NCBI RefSeq assembly: GCF_036321535.1
Contig: NC_087436.1
Coordinates: 17,918,001 to 17,982,000, forward strand
Direction of reading: 5' to 3'
Length of the DNA stretch: 64,000 bases
Source: Camelus dromedarius
Lineage: Eukaryota
A program made the position numbers and the translations under genes. Of this stretch, positions 12,426 through 24,990 are shown piece after piece (position 1 is the first letter of the stretch; every line of letters starts with the position of its first letter). The notes beneath the pieces are model-generated. The model saw nothing but the letters and a program-made list of their open reading frames with translations. It was not told the origin of the DNA and searched no databases.

Positions 12426-13985
12426 AAAGAATAATAGCCAATATAGAGATACAGACTCAGACGGCCTTTAAATAAAAGGTAGTAATGCAGACAGCTTGCA
12501 GTCCTGGGGTAAGCCCTGTACCCTGCACTTCCCAGGAGATTTATATTTTAAATATTAGTCTAGTTGCACAGTTAGGTCCCCCAATTTGGGGTCCATAAAA
12601 TATGGCCACCTGTATCTCAGTAACCTTAAAGGTGAGGTGCCCCTTGTAAGAATGGAGAGGAAGGGCCCTGAAGTTACTGGGTGTTGACTGTCGCTCTGTG
12701 ATAGGTGGTATCATCGCAGACTTTACACTTGAAGAGATGGTGGGCCTGAGAGATTGAACTTGTCTGAGATACAGATGATAAGGTGTTAGGGCTGAGATGG
12801 AAATTATAGAGCACTTGATTTTCCATTAATGGCAGCGTATCTGAGGAGGCTGGAAGAGGACGGTGTCGGAGGTCTTTGAGGGCATCAGCCTGCAGAGCTG
12901 CAGCTCAGACAAGTTTTGCTATGGTTCTCCCACTCCTTGGTTTACGGCATCTGCACTTACAGCTGCCTGCAGAGCTCTGGATGATAACTGATGTTCACAA
13001 TAATTACCGAGCCATTGGCAGAATGTTGAATTACATTACATTTAAGAAAGAAGAGAATAGCATCGTGGAGAGATTTTTCTTCCAAGTGATGAAAGATTTA
13101 GGACTTTCATTCTGTTACGGAGGAATCGCATGTCGAAATTCATCCTGCGTCAGTGATGTGGGTTGTCAATTCAGTTTCTTTCTTCTCATTGAAAATTCAT
13201 TCTTGATTTGCCCCTTGATTGGCATTATCTTTGCTTTCTTTAAATCTCTAACTTCTCTTAGGTCATCTATAAACAAACACTTCATTTTTTTTTTTTTAAT
13301 TCAGCAGAGACTTATTATCAGGCGCCAGAATACACCATCGTTAATGTGTGGTTTCTGCCTTCAAGGAACTCACAGCCCAGGGAGGGAGGAAGATGCATAC
13401 GGGGATATTTACAGTCCCAGGGCGTTGATGCTGCGGCAGGCATTGAGTGGCATCCTGAGGAGGCTGTCTACGAGGGTGACACCTGTGGGAGCCTAGGATT
13501 TCATGGGTCTAACATACAATTTCTTGTCAACCTGTATTTAATGTCCTGGTGCAGAAGATGTGAGCATGATATAATTAAGATGAAAACTTACATGAAAACT
13601 CCTGTTGAAATACCTGGCACCTAGCACTTAGGTTTTTTTGTTTTTGTTTTTGTTTTTAATTCTCTTATGTCAATCCAATCAATTCCTGTGGGAACTGGAA
13701 TAGTCCAGAGTCCAAGAACCTTCTAACAAATAGTGATTCAAAAGCGTGATTCTGTTTAAAACCCAAATACACCCTAAATCCAAACAGGGATGATTAATCT
13801 TAGTTCATATATCAGATGCCTATACATTAATAAAAAAAAAGTTCTTCAGGGAAAGTAGGTTTGTTCCTGAAGGAAGTATACTTCTAATTACAATGCAGTT
13901 TTTGTGATGCATTTGGCTGAGTTGTTTTGCTTTCCTGAGAGCGTCACAGTAAGATCCTGTACAAGCCATAGCATCAGGTAAGAAA

Positions 13986-14529
13986 TTAGCCAAGACATGG
14001 AAACAACATAAATGTCCATCGACAGATGACTGGATAAAGAAGCTATGTTATGTTTATAATGGAATACTACTGAGACATTAAAAAAGAATGAAATAACGCC
14101 ATTTGCAACAACATGGTTGGACCTGGAGATCATCATTCTAAGTGAAGTAAGCCAGAAAGAGAAAGAAAAATACCCGAGAACACTTATATGTGGAATCTTT
14201 AAAAAGAGAGAGAGAGAGACACACACAAATGAACTTATTTACAAAACAGAAACAGACTTACAAACATAGAAAACAAACTTATAGGTACCAGGGGAAAGGG
14301 AATGGGAAGGGATAAATTGAGAGTTTGAGATTTGCAGATACTAATATATAAAAAACAAACAACAAGGTAATACTGTATAGCACAGGGAACTATATTCAGT
14401 ATCTTGTAGTAACCTATGGTGAAAAAGAGTATGAAAATGAATACATGTGTATGTTCCTGTGTGACTGAAGCACTGTGCTGTACACCAGAAATTGACACAA
14501 CATTGTAAACTGACTATCCTTCAGTAAAT

Positions 14530-14560
<31 letters not shown>

Positions 14561-14575
14561 CATACAAAAAAAGAG
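13986..14575 (+). mobile_element. 5'-truncated L1 (ORF2 end + 3'UTR) with (CA)n/(TA)n tail
   Basis: 'gccaagacatggaaacaacataaatgtccatcgacagatgactggataaag' onward; TSD 'agaaattag' at 13981-13989 and 14576-14584. Confidence 0.92.
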
Positions 14576-16159
14576 AGAAATTAGTGAGCTTACTTGAACT
14601 GTGGCTCCATGGTGTAAGGACCGTGACCTGTGTGACTATGATCCAGTTACAGCTGAAGCTTATTTTTGGTTTTGTTTAAAGAAGAAAGCACACACCATCA
14701 TGTGAAGAAAAACACTGATATGGTTTCCTTATGTGTCTGTGTGTCTATAAATGAATAGTGCTAACAGTATAATTAGTTTTATTTTTATTAAGTTCTTCTT
14801 TATAGTGCTTGATGCGAAATAAGCAAAATGATGACGAAGTGTGAAGCAGGGGAAGATGAAAATCCCTTTGTATTGCCACAGTTTTACTGAATGACTTACA
14901 GTAGCCCATCTACACTTTTGTGCTTGAACAGGCTGCCTGAGAAAGTTCCACTTCTTCCTAGCCACTGTCACTAAGAATGTCCTTCCACTTTATTTTGCTA
15001 CCTTTGCTTCCTGATTCTAAGTGAACAGAGCAAACCGAGGGGCCCTGCTGCACCACTGGCCCTTACCCATCCCCACCTGCCTCGGTCGCCCATCCCGAGT
15101 GCTCACCTGTCTCCGGCCCCCATAAGCAATTACACAGGCTGATCCGACTGATTGTGTGTAGAGATTTGGTTCCCCCTACACCTGCCATTGCCAATTTCAC
15201 AGTTGATCGATTATTAATTTGGGGGTTTCTATGAACTTCTTGAAGTGATATCTGACATTCTGTGTATCTGTACATGTAGGAGAGGATTGGTTGTACAGCT
15301 GTTTCTCAAAGGGCTGGGGCACCTAAAACATGGGAAAAAATGGGAGCTGACTCTTAAGTCTCCTAGACCTCCACCAATACCATCATATCCTCTTTAAAAT
15401 AAATAAATAAATAAATTCTGATTCTTGAACAGTAGTGAAAAGCTGACATGATGATTAACTTACTTTGGTATGTATAAAGTTTATTGGTACTCATTTGTTT
15501 ACCTTCTAGTTTTATAGCTGCATTTGCCAATTTCAAGTGGTGAAAACTGAAGGTAGCGAGAATCCTTTTGTTTGGGGAGAGGTACAGATCCTTTATGTAA
15601 CCCAAGGGGGTGTAGGAATTATAGGCGATAAACATCTTAACTTCTATTAGGAATGTGTAAGGACCATGTGGTTCAATAAATTGTAGTTATGAGGTGTTCA
15701 GATGATTAGCTTTTTTTCTTTTCTTTTCTTTTTTAAATAGTTACAGCAAGGGCAAGGCAGAGAACTAAACACATTTGGTCAGAAACTGAGTACAGTTGTT
15801 CTGAGACAACTGGCTTATTATCTTTTCAGATGATATCCAAATAGAATGGGCCAGAAAAGAAAATTAATAGAAACTGTAAGGAAGTTGGACCACAGTTACA
15901 GGTTAGAAAAAGCAATTCATTTATCCTTTCATTCTAGCATGACTTCCTCCTTTATGCAGCTCTCTCCTGATGCGATGATCCAAAGGAATGATGCTTGAAA
16001 GATAGGCATCTTTTATGACTTAGCAAGCATTTCTATGATCCCTACCTAGCATTTTTGGGTTTTTGTTTTTTTTTTGTGGTCTTTTTTGTGAGTTGTGGTT
16101 TAGCTTATTTTATATCATCTGCTCAGTGTTTTTGTTTCATCTACTTTCCCTTTTTCTAG

Positions 16160-16191
16160 ACCAAAGTTGGTTTATGGAAATACTGTTACTG
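16160..16191 (+). other. Candidate 32-nt exon
   Basis: ctactttccctttttctag|ACCAAAG...GTTACTG|gtatgc; splice motifs only. Confidence 0.3.
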
Positions 16192-17924
16192 GTATGCTTA
16201 TTCTGGTGTGTCAAGGAAATTGGCAATTATATATAAACTTATTGGCCAAGTACTCTAATGGGCCAGTATAAGCACAGCTATAAGTGTCTTGAAGATGGAA
16301 GATTTTTTTTCCTTGAGATCTAGGACCTACTACTTTTAGAAACCTCAGTGATTAAGCAGTTTTGTATAATTTAAATTTAGGAAACAAATAACTGAGGCAT
16401 GGCATTTTAATAAGGGGTTTACCTTGTATTGGGAACACATAGTAGAATAAATATAGCCCTTTTGAAAGAGAACACTTTCAGTGCATTTTCATAATTTAAG
16501 GATACTTGTTTGTGGTTTTCTCTTATAATAATACTCTATAAACTGGGCAGTGAAAGTTTCTGATCTCAGAGTGTTTATCCCTTTGACCCACTCCTCACCT
16601 TCAGAGCCTGTGCCTTACTTTCATTTTAACAGCCACGAACTACAGTGAGTTACACTTCTGTTGTATTTTCTTTTTACATGACAATTGAAAAGGAAAGGAT
16701 ATAATGGGGATTGATAAACAACAACAACAAAAATTAACAATCAATATGTACAGTTTAGCAGAAATAATCAATGTTAAATAAAAGCCTTTGATGGAGGTTC
16801 TGTTGTCTTTACCATAAAAGCTTGTAATGTTGGCATTTTCCTGTATTCTTGTAGGCAGAAATTAAGATTTTTAGATATTACAAAATTGCTTTATATTTGG
16901 AACAATATGTGCATTATATTTGCTTAACTTTGATAATGTTATGACTTGGGGGGAGCCTTTCCATGTTATAGCTACCATATGAAAAATACTTATAGTCTAG
17001 TCACTTAGAAATGCACCTTAGGAATCAGTCCTTTTACCATAGAGGAGGAGGAGGAGGATTTTTAAAAGCATAGGTATTTTTTCAGTAGGTAGATGGGCTT
17101 GTCTTGCATTATGTAATGTTTTCACTACAGAAATGAATGGATCCTAATTTTAAAGATTTACAAAGTAAGATTTGACTGGAGTCAATGGCCAGAGAGCTGT
17201 GGGAAAGTTACATTTTTATTTGGGTAACAAGACTTTATTTATACAGACACACACATATGCTACTGTGACGGCATTTTTATAAACACGTCTGTCCTTGGGA
17301 TGTATGCCATCTACATGAGGCTACTTTAAGAAGTGGTCTTTTTGTTTGTGAAATAATGTCATGGTAATATATGGTTCCTGAGTCTCTCTTTGGCAAATTC
17401 CAACTTACAGTGGATAGATTTATATTAAGCTCCCAATATATTTACATGTAGAAAGCTGTGGCTCAGTAAGCCTCAGCCTCGATCTACAACCTTTATGGAT
17501 AAAACTACTGAAGTAATATTCCTTTTTTAACCTGGAATGTCTATTTCACCGATGTCTGTCTTCAAATGAGCAATTGAAAATAGTTCATATAGCTTTCTTC
17601 AAAATTATGTAAAGTACATATAAATTCAGGACACACAGTTGAATGGAATTAGCAAAATCGTCTGTACATTTACAACAGATTTTAGTTTCCTCAGTATTTT
17701 GGGTACTTTGAGTAAAATTTTCTCTGATACACAGAGGGCGTATTTTCCTTATGACAGCCCCAGTGGCTTCCATCGTTGGATGTGTATAATGTGTAAAAAT
17801 ACTTTATAAACTTTATCCCTTTTCATGCTGTTAACTTGCATGATGAGTTTTATTGTATATTCTTGAGGTTTTCATGGGACTATTATGCTGTTTTCACAGT
17901 CAAGACCTTGACAGTGGCAGTCAG

Positions 17925-18135
17925 GAAACGCCAGCCTCTTGCTGGGTTCTGTGCTAAGAACTTCATGCCCGTGAGTCATTTAACACCCCCCCCCCCACCA
18001 TTGTGGTGGGTATTGGCCCTGTCCCCATTTTAAAAAGAAGGAAATACAGGCTCAGAAGGGTTAACTAATTGGGTCAGGGTCAGGGTCAGGGTCAGGGTCA
18101 GGTAGCAGGTCCAGGATTTGATCTCCAAAGCTGAA
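17925..18135 (-). mobile_element. MIR SINE containing a (GGGTCA)5 expansion
   Basis: 'ccccattttaaaaagaaggaaatacaggctcagaagggttaactaatt' is the reverse MIR core; the array is at 18071-18100. Confidence 0.7.
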
Positions 18136-20096
18136 ACTTTACTTTTCTTCTTAAGATTTCTGACAAAAAATCCCCAAAACCTCTTTATTCAAAGTGTTTT
18201 TCTTACCTTTGTGTTTTATTAGTAGGTAGCTTGCCAGTATCCTCCCAGCGATCATGGTGGACCTTGGAACTTTAGATCAGCTTGGACCACATTTGTCATT
18301 TGCCCATGGGGGTGGGAGTTGGGTAAGGTGTCGGGGTCCAAAGATAGAATAAAGACCAAGAGACAGAAATGGGATGATGAATGTGGGCCCCGTCAGTACG
18401 TGGGGGCTTTTGTCTGAGATGCTTTTCTCGGAAGTATTCTACTCATAAAGTAAAAGACCTAAGGTGACATGCTGCAGTTTCTCTTGGGACTTCTAATCTC
18501 TGGTAAACCTCACTTAACCCCAGTGGACCTCACTTTGAGAAGTTTGGTGTTCCATATCTTACTGATAAATTGTGGAGCAGGTGGGCACTGTGAGAAGGAT
18601 CCTTACTTTATGCAGAACATTTACATCTAGGCAATTTCTGACATAATTCTTATTGTCAGCTCATTTTTAAATTTTTGATTATTTAAATTGGTAGTAGTTG
18701 AATTTTGCTCAGTTCCATTAAAAACTGTTATTTGATTGCTCCCCTTTGTTGAAATAGTGATATTAGTTATGTGATTGAGTTATTTATTTTTTAATATAGC
18801 ATAAATTCAGCATAAAGTCATCAAATCACTTCTTACTTTCCATTGCTTATTTGGAGTATAATGTTTTTGTTCAGCTTTTCATGTTTCTCCTAGCTACAAA
18901 AATATTTGTTTAATTTCATACTTCCAAAGTGAAACTATCCTTGATTGAGACGGACCTGTAGCATACATAATTGGGTGTGGTGCAGTTTTATGATTTTTTC
19001 ATAAAAATAACTTCGTGAGCTAAGTTTCTTATGGATATACTTTGTACACCCATACTATTGAAAAAAAATCTGTATTTTACTATAATTATTAGCTTTCTAT
19101 CATTGCTTTATATCAGGATCTTTTTATTTTAAAATACCTAGCAGAGGCTTGAAACATTAAATATGCCTTTATAGCCATTTATCCCACAGAATAATGTAAT
19201 ATATTTTGTAATACAGTCCTTTGGAAAATGTGTTTCATATTTTTCAATTATTTCTCCTTGTTGGGTGAGTGGATATTTGCAAGGTTGTGTAGGCTTAAAA
19301 TAATTTGTTCATGTCCAGGTGTATAACTTACAGTTTGTGATTTGTGTAATAATTTTTCAAGCTGTGTAATGCTCATTTTAGGGAATGGTAAAGAGATTTT
19401 CATCCCTAAGTGAAAGATGCCATTGAGTAGCTCCCTTTTTACATATAATGAGACATCACTAGGGTATGGTTCCTTATTTACAGTACATGGGTTGGCCTAG
19501 GGTGAAACTCTGTCCTGTAAAACAATAAAATCTTGATAAAACATGTAAAGTCATCAAGAACAGTGGTAATATACCCTCTACTATTACTCACCTACAGGAA
19601 GTCTGTTTTTGAGTAAAAGTGATGATCTTTTCATATAGGAATATAGTTATAGGAACAACATGCATTTTTCTTAAAAGTCAAGTCTTCTACTTCATAAAAA
19701 TAAGATACATTCTTTGTAGAAAACTTTTGTGGAGACTGTCTTTTTGTAACTAGCATTTACTGTAGCTCATAAAATTTTTCCAGTGTTATATATTCTAGAA
19801 TATATGCATATATGTGTGTCTATATACATATATATGAAAGATGTATATATAATTATCTTACTTTGGTCTATTTAAACAGTCCTCTGTTATTAAATAAGTT
19901 TTCTTATTTTGGTTTGGGCAAACTATCAATTCAGCATTGACTCTAGTAGATTTCCATAACTTAAAATTAAAATGAATTTGTGTTAATAAAAATATATTGG
20001 TGCTTACGTTGTCTATTTTGCCAGGAATTTGGAATTAAGTTAAGTAGCATTTTTATGGTTAGCCTCCTTACATTTTTTGGAATAAAGCAGTATTTT

Positions 20097-20098
<2 letters not shown>

Positions 20099-20167
<69 letters not shown>
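20099..20167. repeat. Compound (AT)n(AC)n microsatellite
   Basis: Directly visible. Confidence 0.97.
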
Positions 20168-21344
20168 AAATATGCTATGTGGTTTAATTATATCTTTGGA
20201 GCATTTTGAGACTGATTCTGCTTGTTTGGGCAGGAAAGATCTTTCTGGTTTTGTAAAAACTGATCCATTGCCCTACAGTGAGTACTTTGCTTTTTTGCAA
20301 ACTGTAATCTAAACAAACTGTTTTTAAGGAGTTTCTTTAAGTCTCAGAATCCACTTTGTCATCTCTGGTGTTCTCATTAATGTTTATTCATTCATCGTTT
20401 GACTTTATATTTTACATTATTTCAGAAAATGTGTTAAATAACTTGTTAGCTGCTCTCTGTTTTTAAATGTTTTTATAAGCATCTTTATTTTCAGGGGTTT
20501 GCTTTGCGTTTAGCATTCACATTATCTTTATATCCATACTTGTTTGGTGTTTCCAAAACACTGAGTAAGAGAGGATTTTTAAAATAGGAAGAGTAGTCTT
20601 TAGTTTGCTCTCTGCTGGGTTCATTGTGGAGGAAGCTTGTCGCAGATGGATTTTAGGAATAAGATCACTAAAGATCAGTGGCCATGATTTCCCATCCTTC
20701 CCTGATGGCCTGCAGATGCCGGGAGGGGACAGTCTGCCATGTGACTTTGGGACAGGCCTTTTAATTCCATCTGAGCAGTGGCCGATGTGAGTCACCGTGT
20801 TGTGGCACCTCCGGCTGAATAGAACCTCAAAGATGCCAAGCAGCATTTTGGCCGGATGAATAAGGATGTGCATTGTCATAGTTCTATGTGGGTTAAGATT
20901 TATTATTTTAATTAACACAGAAAAGAGAAAACAAATACTCTTGTGTGACCTCAAAAAAAAGTATAAAGCAACGCCCTCTAAGTGTTACCCTACAAACCAC
21001 CTTTTCTCAAGATGACTTCCAAAAACTGAGAGAGAAACCCAGAAAAATATTTTCCAATATTTTATTGCTGGAAAATGGGTAGGACTCTGTTGTCCCAGGA
21101 CCAGTGTTGCAAAATCGATTCTCAGGGTTTAAGGAACAGATCTGATCTCTCTCTCTCAGCCCTCCTCCCTCCAGCAACTCAGAAAGAATAAATTACTTAA
21201 ATTTCCATTGGTTATTTAATAAGAATAAGAATTCCAGAATTCCTTTCTTTTTCAGCCATGGATTATGCACCCTCGTGGCCACCCCGAGTTTAGGATACTA
21301 AAGAAACATACTTTATGGTGCTCCATCAGCCAAGGCTTTAAAAT

Positions 21345-21692
21345 CAGAATGGAGACTGATACAGAGAACCTATTGTCGGTGAGCAGAGGTGGGAGGGTGG
21401 CTGAAATAGGCAAAGGTGGTCAAAAGGTGCCAACATTCAATTATCAGTCCTGGGGATGTAATATACAGCATGGTGACTATAGTTTGCAATACTAAATACA
21501 TATTTGAAAGCTGCTAAGAGAGTAGATAAAGGTTCTCAATACAAGAAAAAATAATTCTTGTAACTGCATGTGGAGATGGATATAACTAAACTTAATTTTG
21601 ACAATTGTTTTGCAACATTCACATATATCAAATGATTGTGTTACACACAAACGAATCCAAAGTTATGTCTGTTATATCTCAATTTAAAAACA
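21345..21692 (+). mobile_element. Old L1 3' end (L1MA9/L1MB-like)
   Basis: 'ggtggtcaaaaggtgccaacattcaattatcagtcctggggatgtaatatacagcatggtgactatag...gctaagagagtagat' ending in 'tatatctcaatttaaaaa'. Confidence 0.8.
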
Positions 21693-22979
21693 AAAGCAGT
21701 GGCTGAATTTTGAGAATGCCCCTCTGTGGGGCAGTAAGTAATATCACCAACAATATCTAATGTCACCTTTTAGATTAGGCCTTTATCACCCTTTTATGAT
21801 GGAGGAAATCTGGACTCAGAGTTGATCACAATGAGTCAGTTTATTTGCTTTTGTTCACTCATTTACTCAACAAGCATCTGCTGATCACCTGTCAGCTGCT
21901 CTGGGATGCCCTCAGGTGGCTGAAAGCTTTGCGGGCAGGTCACTAAGGAGTGGGCTGTGCGGGGCTCTTGTCCCTGTGCCGCTGCAGAGAGAGGGGAGGG
22001 CAGGGCGTCCACTGACAGGGAGGTGGTAGATGGTCCTGACCAGTGAGAAGAAACTGGCAGAGGTTACATATTAGAAAAGACAAGTTGGCCTCAAACGTGA
22101 AATTGCTGTTAAAACAGAAGGCTTGGATCTCCTATGCAGTACTTTTTAAATGTTAATGGAAAAAAAATAAAATAAAATAAATGAACCTGGTAAGGGTTCT
22201 ATGTTTATAATCAATTATTTTTTTTAATCGAGCACCTACTGTAGCCCACCAGCTACTTTGGCATTCAGAGATGGAGATAATATGGTTTTTTTTTATCTCA
22301 GGATTGGAAAAAGGAATAAGACAAGAAAAAGAACAATAAAAGGAGATAAATAAAAATAAGAGACTATTTTGTGCCATATTTAAGGCTGTTAATTTAATTC
22401 ATGTCAGTAAACATTTATTGAACTAATAAAGCTTTTTTCTTGCCCTTGAGCTCACAGTCATCTTAAGACCGGTGAGGGATGAGTGCCAGCCACTGAGTGC
22501 CCTATGTCCCCTGCCAAGGAGATTGGAGTGTGCTCTGTAGATGGTGGGGACCATTGAAGGCTTTAAGCAGAACGGAGGCAGTTTTGAACTTGTGTTTTAG
22601 ATTTTTTTTTTTTAGTATGGTGGCTATGTTAAAAAAAAAAAATTGAAGGAATCAGGAGACCAGCCCAGTAGTCTGAGAAAATAGCATGGCCTTAACGAGG
22701 GTGTAATTTGGAAACTGAGTTTAAAAAATGTAAAAATCAGTTTTTTAGAGAGACTTCTAAATCTTTGAGCTTTTTCCATTAATGTATTAGTAATAGTCAT
22801 TTGAATAGTTAAGCAAAGGGTGTGTAGTTGGTCTTCTCTGTCCAAATATATAGCAATTAAAAGTTTTATGTGTTATGAATATGAAGACAGGGTTTCAATC
22901 CCACCACCTGAAATTTCTTGGAAATTCCCATATGCAGCAGTGGAAGTTGAGGGCACAGGTGATTTTAGAAGGATCACAA

Positions 22980-23185
22980 TACGAGGGCACCAGCTTTGGA
23001 GTCAAACAGGCCTTCTGTACTTTGCAGTTGTATTTCTTGGGCAGTTTAACCTTTCCCAGCCTCAGTGTTCTTCTCTATAAAATGGGCACAGTGCCCAATT
23101 GCCTGGTGTATGGAGTTAGTGAGGAACGAGGAGACGGTGAACCTGGAGCGTCTGGCACAATAGTAGCTCACATCCTAAGCAAGAA
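22980..23185 (+). mobile_element. MIR SINE
   Basis: 'ctttggagtcaaacagg...ttgggcagtttaacctttcccagcctcagtgttcttctctataaaatggg...tctggcacaatagtagctca'. Confidence 0.8.
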
Positions 23186-23437
23186 GTAAATGTTTCTCGG
23201 TTTTATTTATAGTAAGGTACTTGTCTCTCAGGAAAGAAAACTATATTGTAATTTGGGGCCAGTTGGTTTGTTTTGCCACTTGTATAATAGGGCCCTTGTT
23301 TGCATATTTCCTCAATTTTATGTTTATATATCTTTTCTTCTTCCTCCAAATGTTTTCCCTCAGCCTCATAACGTTGCCTTGGGAGCAGTATGCTGCAGTG
23401 TTATTTGATACCAACAATACACACCACAAGCCTTTCT

Positions 23438-23532
23438 TTCACATGTAAGCCCAAACTTTAGTTTTTCCCATTCAAAGGAAACTCTGACCCTTCTTGTACA
23501 GGGCAGAGTAGATGTCACTGTACTTTTCTGGG
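23438..23532 (+). repeat. Left arm of 95-bp inverted repeat
   Basis: Reverse complement of 24669-24763 with one mismatch, compared base by base. Confidence 0.97.
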
Positions 23533-24668
23533 GACTCAAAGAAACTTAGCAAATAATGAAAAATTGTCTAATGGGAAATGGAAGTCATGAAATTAACTAG
23601 GATATTGCATGTCGTACATTTAACATCGACGACGGAAAATCAAAAGTGTTGTAAACACTAAGGAAAGTGGTCATTATGAACTGTTTATCCAGGCAACCAA
23701 CGGAGCCTTCATCCAAGGGAGCTAATTCTCATTATAAAGGTTTGCTCAGCCTTCAGACCAGGAAGCAGTTGTGATCCCTCTTTTTGTCGGGACCCTTATG
23801 GGACGACCGTAAAGAAGATGATAGACATTTGTGACATGTTTCCTTCTCTGAGTTTAATTTCTGTTCTTTTCAACTTGTTCTCTAGCTGACCTTGACAACC
23901 GTTCCAACTGGCAAAACCATGAGCTCTCCCTGGACAGTTGCTGTATCTCAGACTCAAGTTATAGTACAAGAGAGACATAGTGAAAAAACTGTAGAGATAG
24001 CCAAACAAAGTAATCAGTAAAAAGGGAAGACCCTTGTGAGAAAGACCACTTTTTTTTTTTTAATACTGGAAATATGAGGGCTTACTTTGTATAGTATGTA
24101 ATGGAATTTTCTACACTGAAAGGTGACACATCCTGAATTTATTGTTTTATCCAAGTCAGATTCCAGGTTAGTAAGGGAGCATCCCCTTCAGGCTTTTCAA
24201 AATTATTGCCATTTTGATGTAATTAAACGGGTAAATTAACTCAGTACACATTCAGTTATTCTGTTTTCTTTCTGGTTGTTTTCCTGGCATTTGGTGCTCT
24301 TGCTTTGAATGCAGCAAAAATCAGGAAACAAGTTGATCTTAAGGCGTGATGAGGGTTGAAAAGTCAGGAAGAAGGGAAAAAAGTCATTCTAGTAGTTAAA
24401 ATAGATACACCAAAATCTCTGCACTAAAATCCATGCTCTTTTGATAAGATCAAGATAACAAACACCTATCAGGTTTCTTGGATTATCATATATCGGAAGC
24501 AGCAAATTAGGGGATGAGAACAAACGTGTTGAAAGTGGTGGAACAAGACATTAAAACCCATGTAGGCACTTAGCACAGCAATTAAGGAGCGATCTGTTAC
24601 CCAGGCAAACGACCCTACAGACCTCATTAGCTCCCCAGTGGCATCCCTGTGCAGTCCATATTTGTGAG

Positions 24669-24763
24669 CCCAGAAAAGTACAGTGACATCTACTCTGCCC
24701 TGTACAAGAAGGGTCAGAGTTTCCTTTGAATGGGAAAAACTCAAGTTTGGGCTTACATGTGAA
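24669..24763 (-). repeat. Right arm of 95-bp inverted repeat
   Basis: Reverse complement of 23438-23532 with one mismatch. Confidence 0.97.
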
Positions 24764-24869
24764 TAAATTTTCTGAATCTGGGAAGTTTACTTTCGTTCAC
24801 TTAACTAATATTTTCAATATGTTCCAGGTATCTCTCTCTAGGTGCTGAAGATATAAATCCTTGATTTAG

Positions 24870-24990
24870 GTACAATCCTGTTACACTTTAGATCGTAAGC
24901 TCAGTAAAGGCAGGGACTTCATTTTGTTCACTGCTGTGTCCCCACTGGAACACACAGTAGGCGCTCAAGAAACAATTGTGGAATAAATAC
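24870..24990. mobile_element. L2 3' terminus
   Basis: 'tagatcgtaagctcagtaaaggcagggacttcattttgttcactgctgtgtcccc...cacagtaggcgctcaagaaacaattgtggaataaat'. Confidence 0.8.

Noticed and set aside
12876..13496. Longest ORF (206 aa)
   Set aside because: Non-ATG start, no recognisable domain, runs through a polyT tract into repeat-like sequence; compatible with chance in 64 kb.
16160..16191. GLWxxC claudin-like motif in one frame
   Set aside because: Six residues in an unproven exon, with no other claudin-family segments; insufficient to name a gene.
19788..19813. Overlapping palindromes atatattctagaatatat and atatatgcatatat
   Set aside because: Largely explained by (AT)n low complexity.
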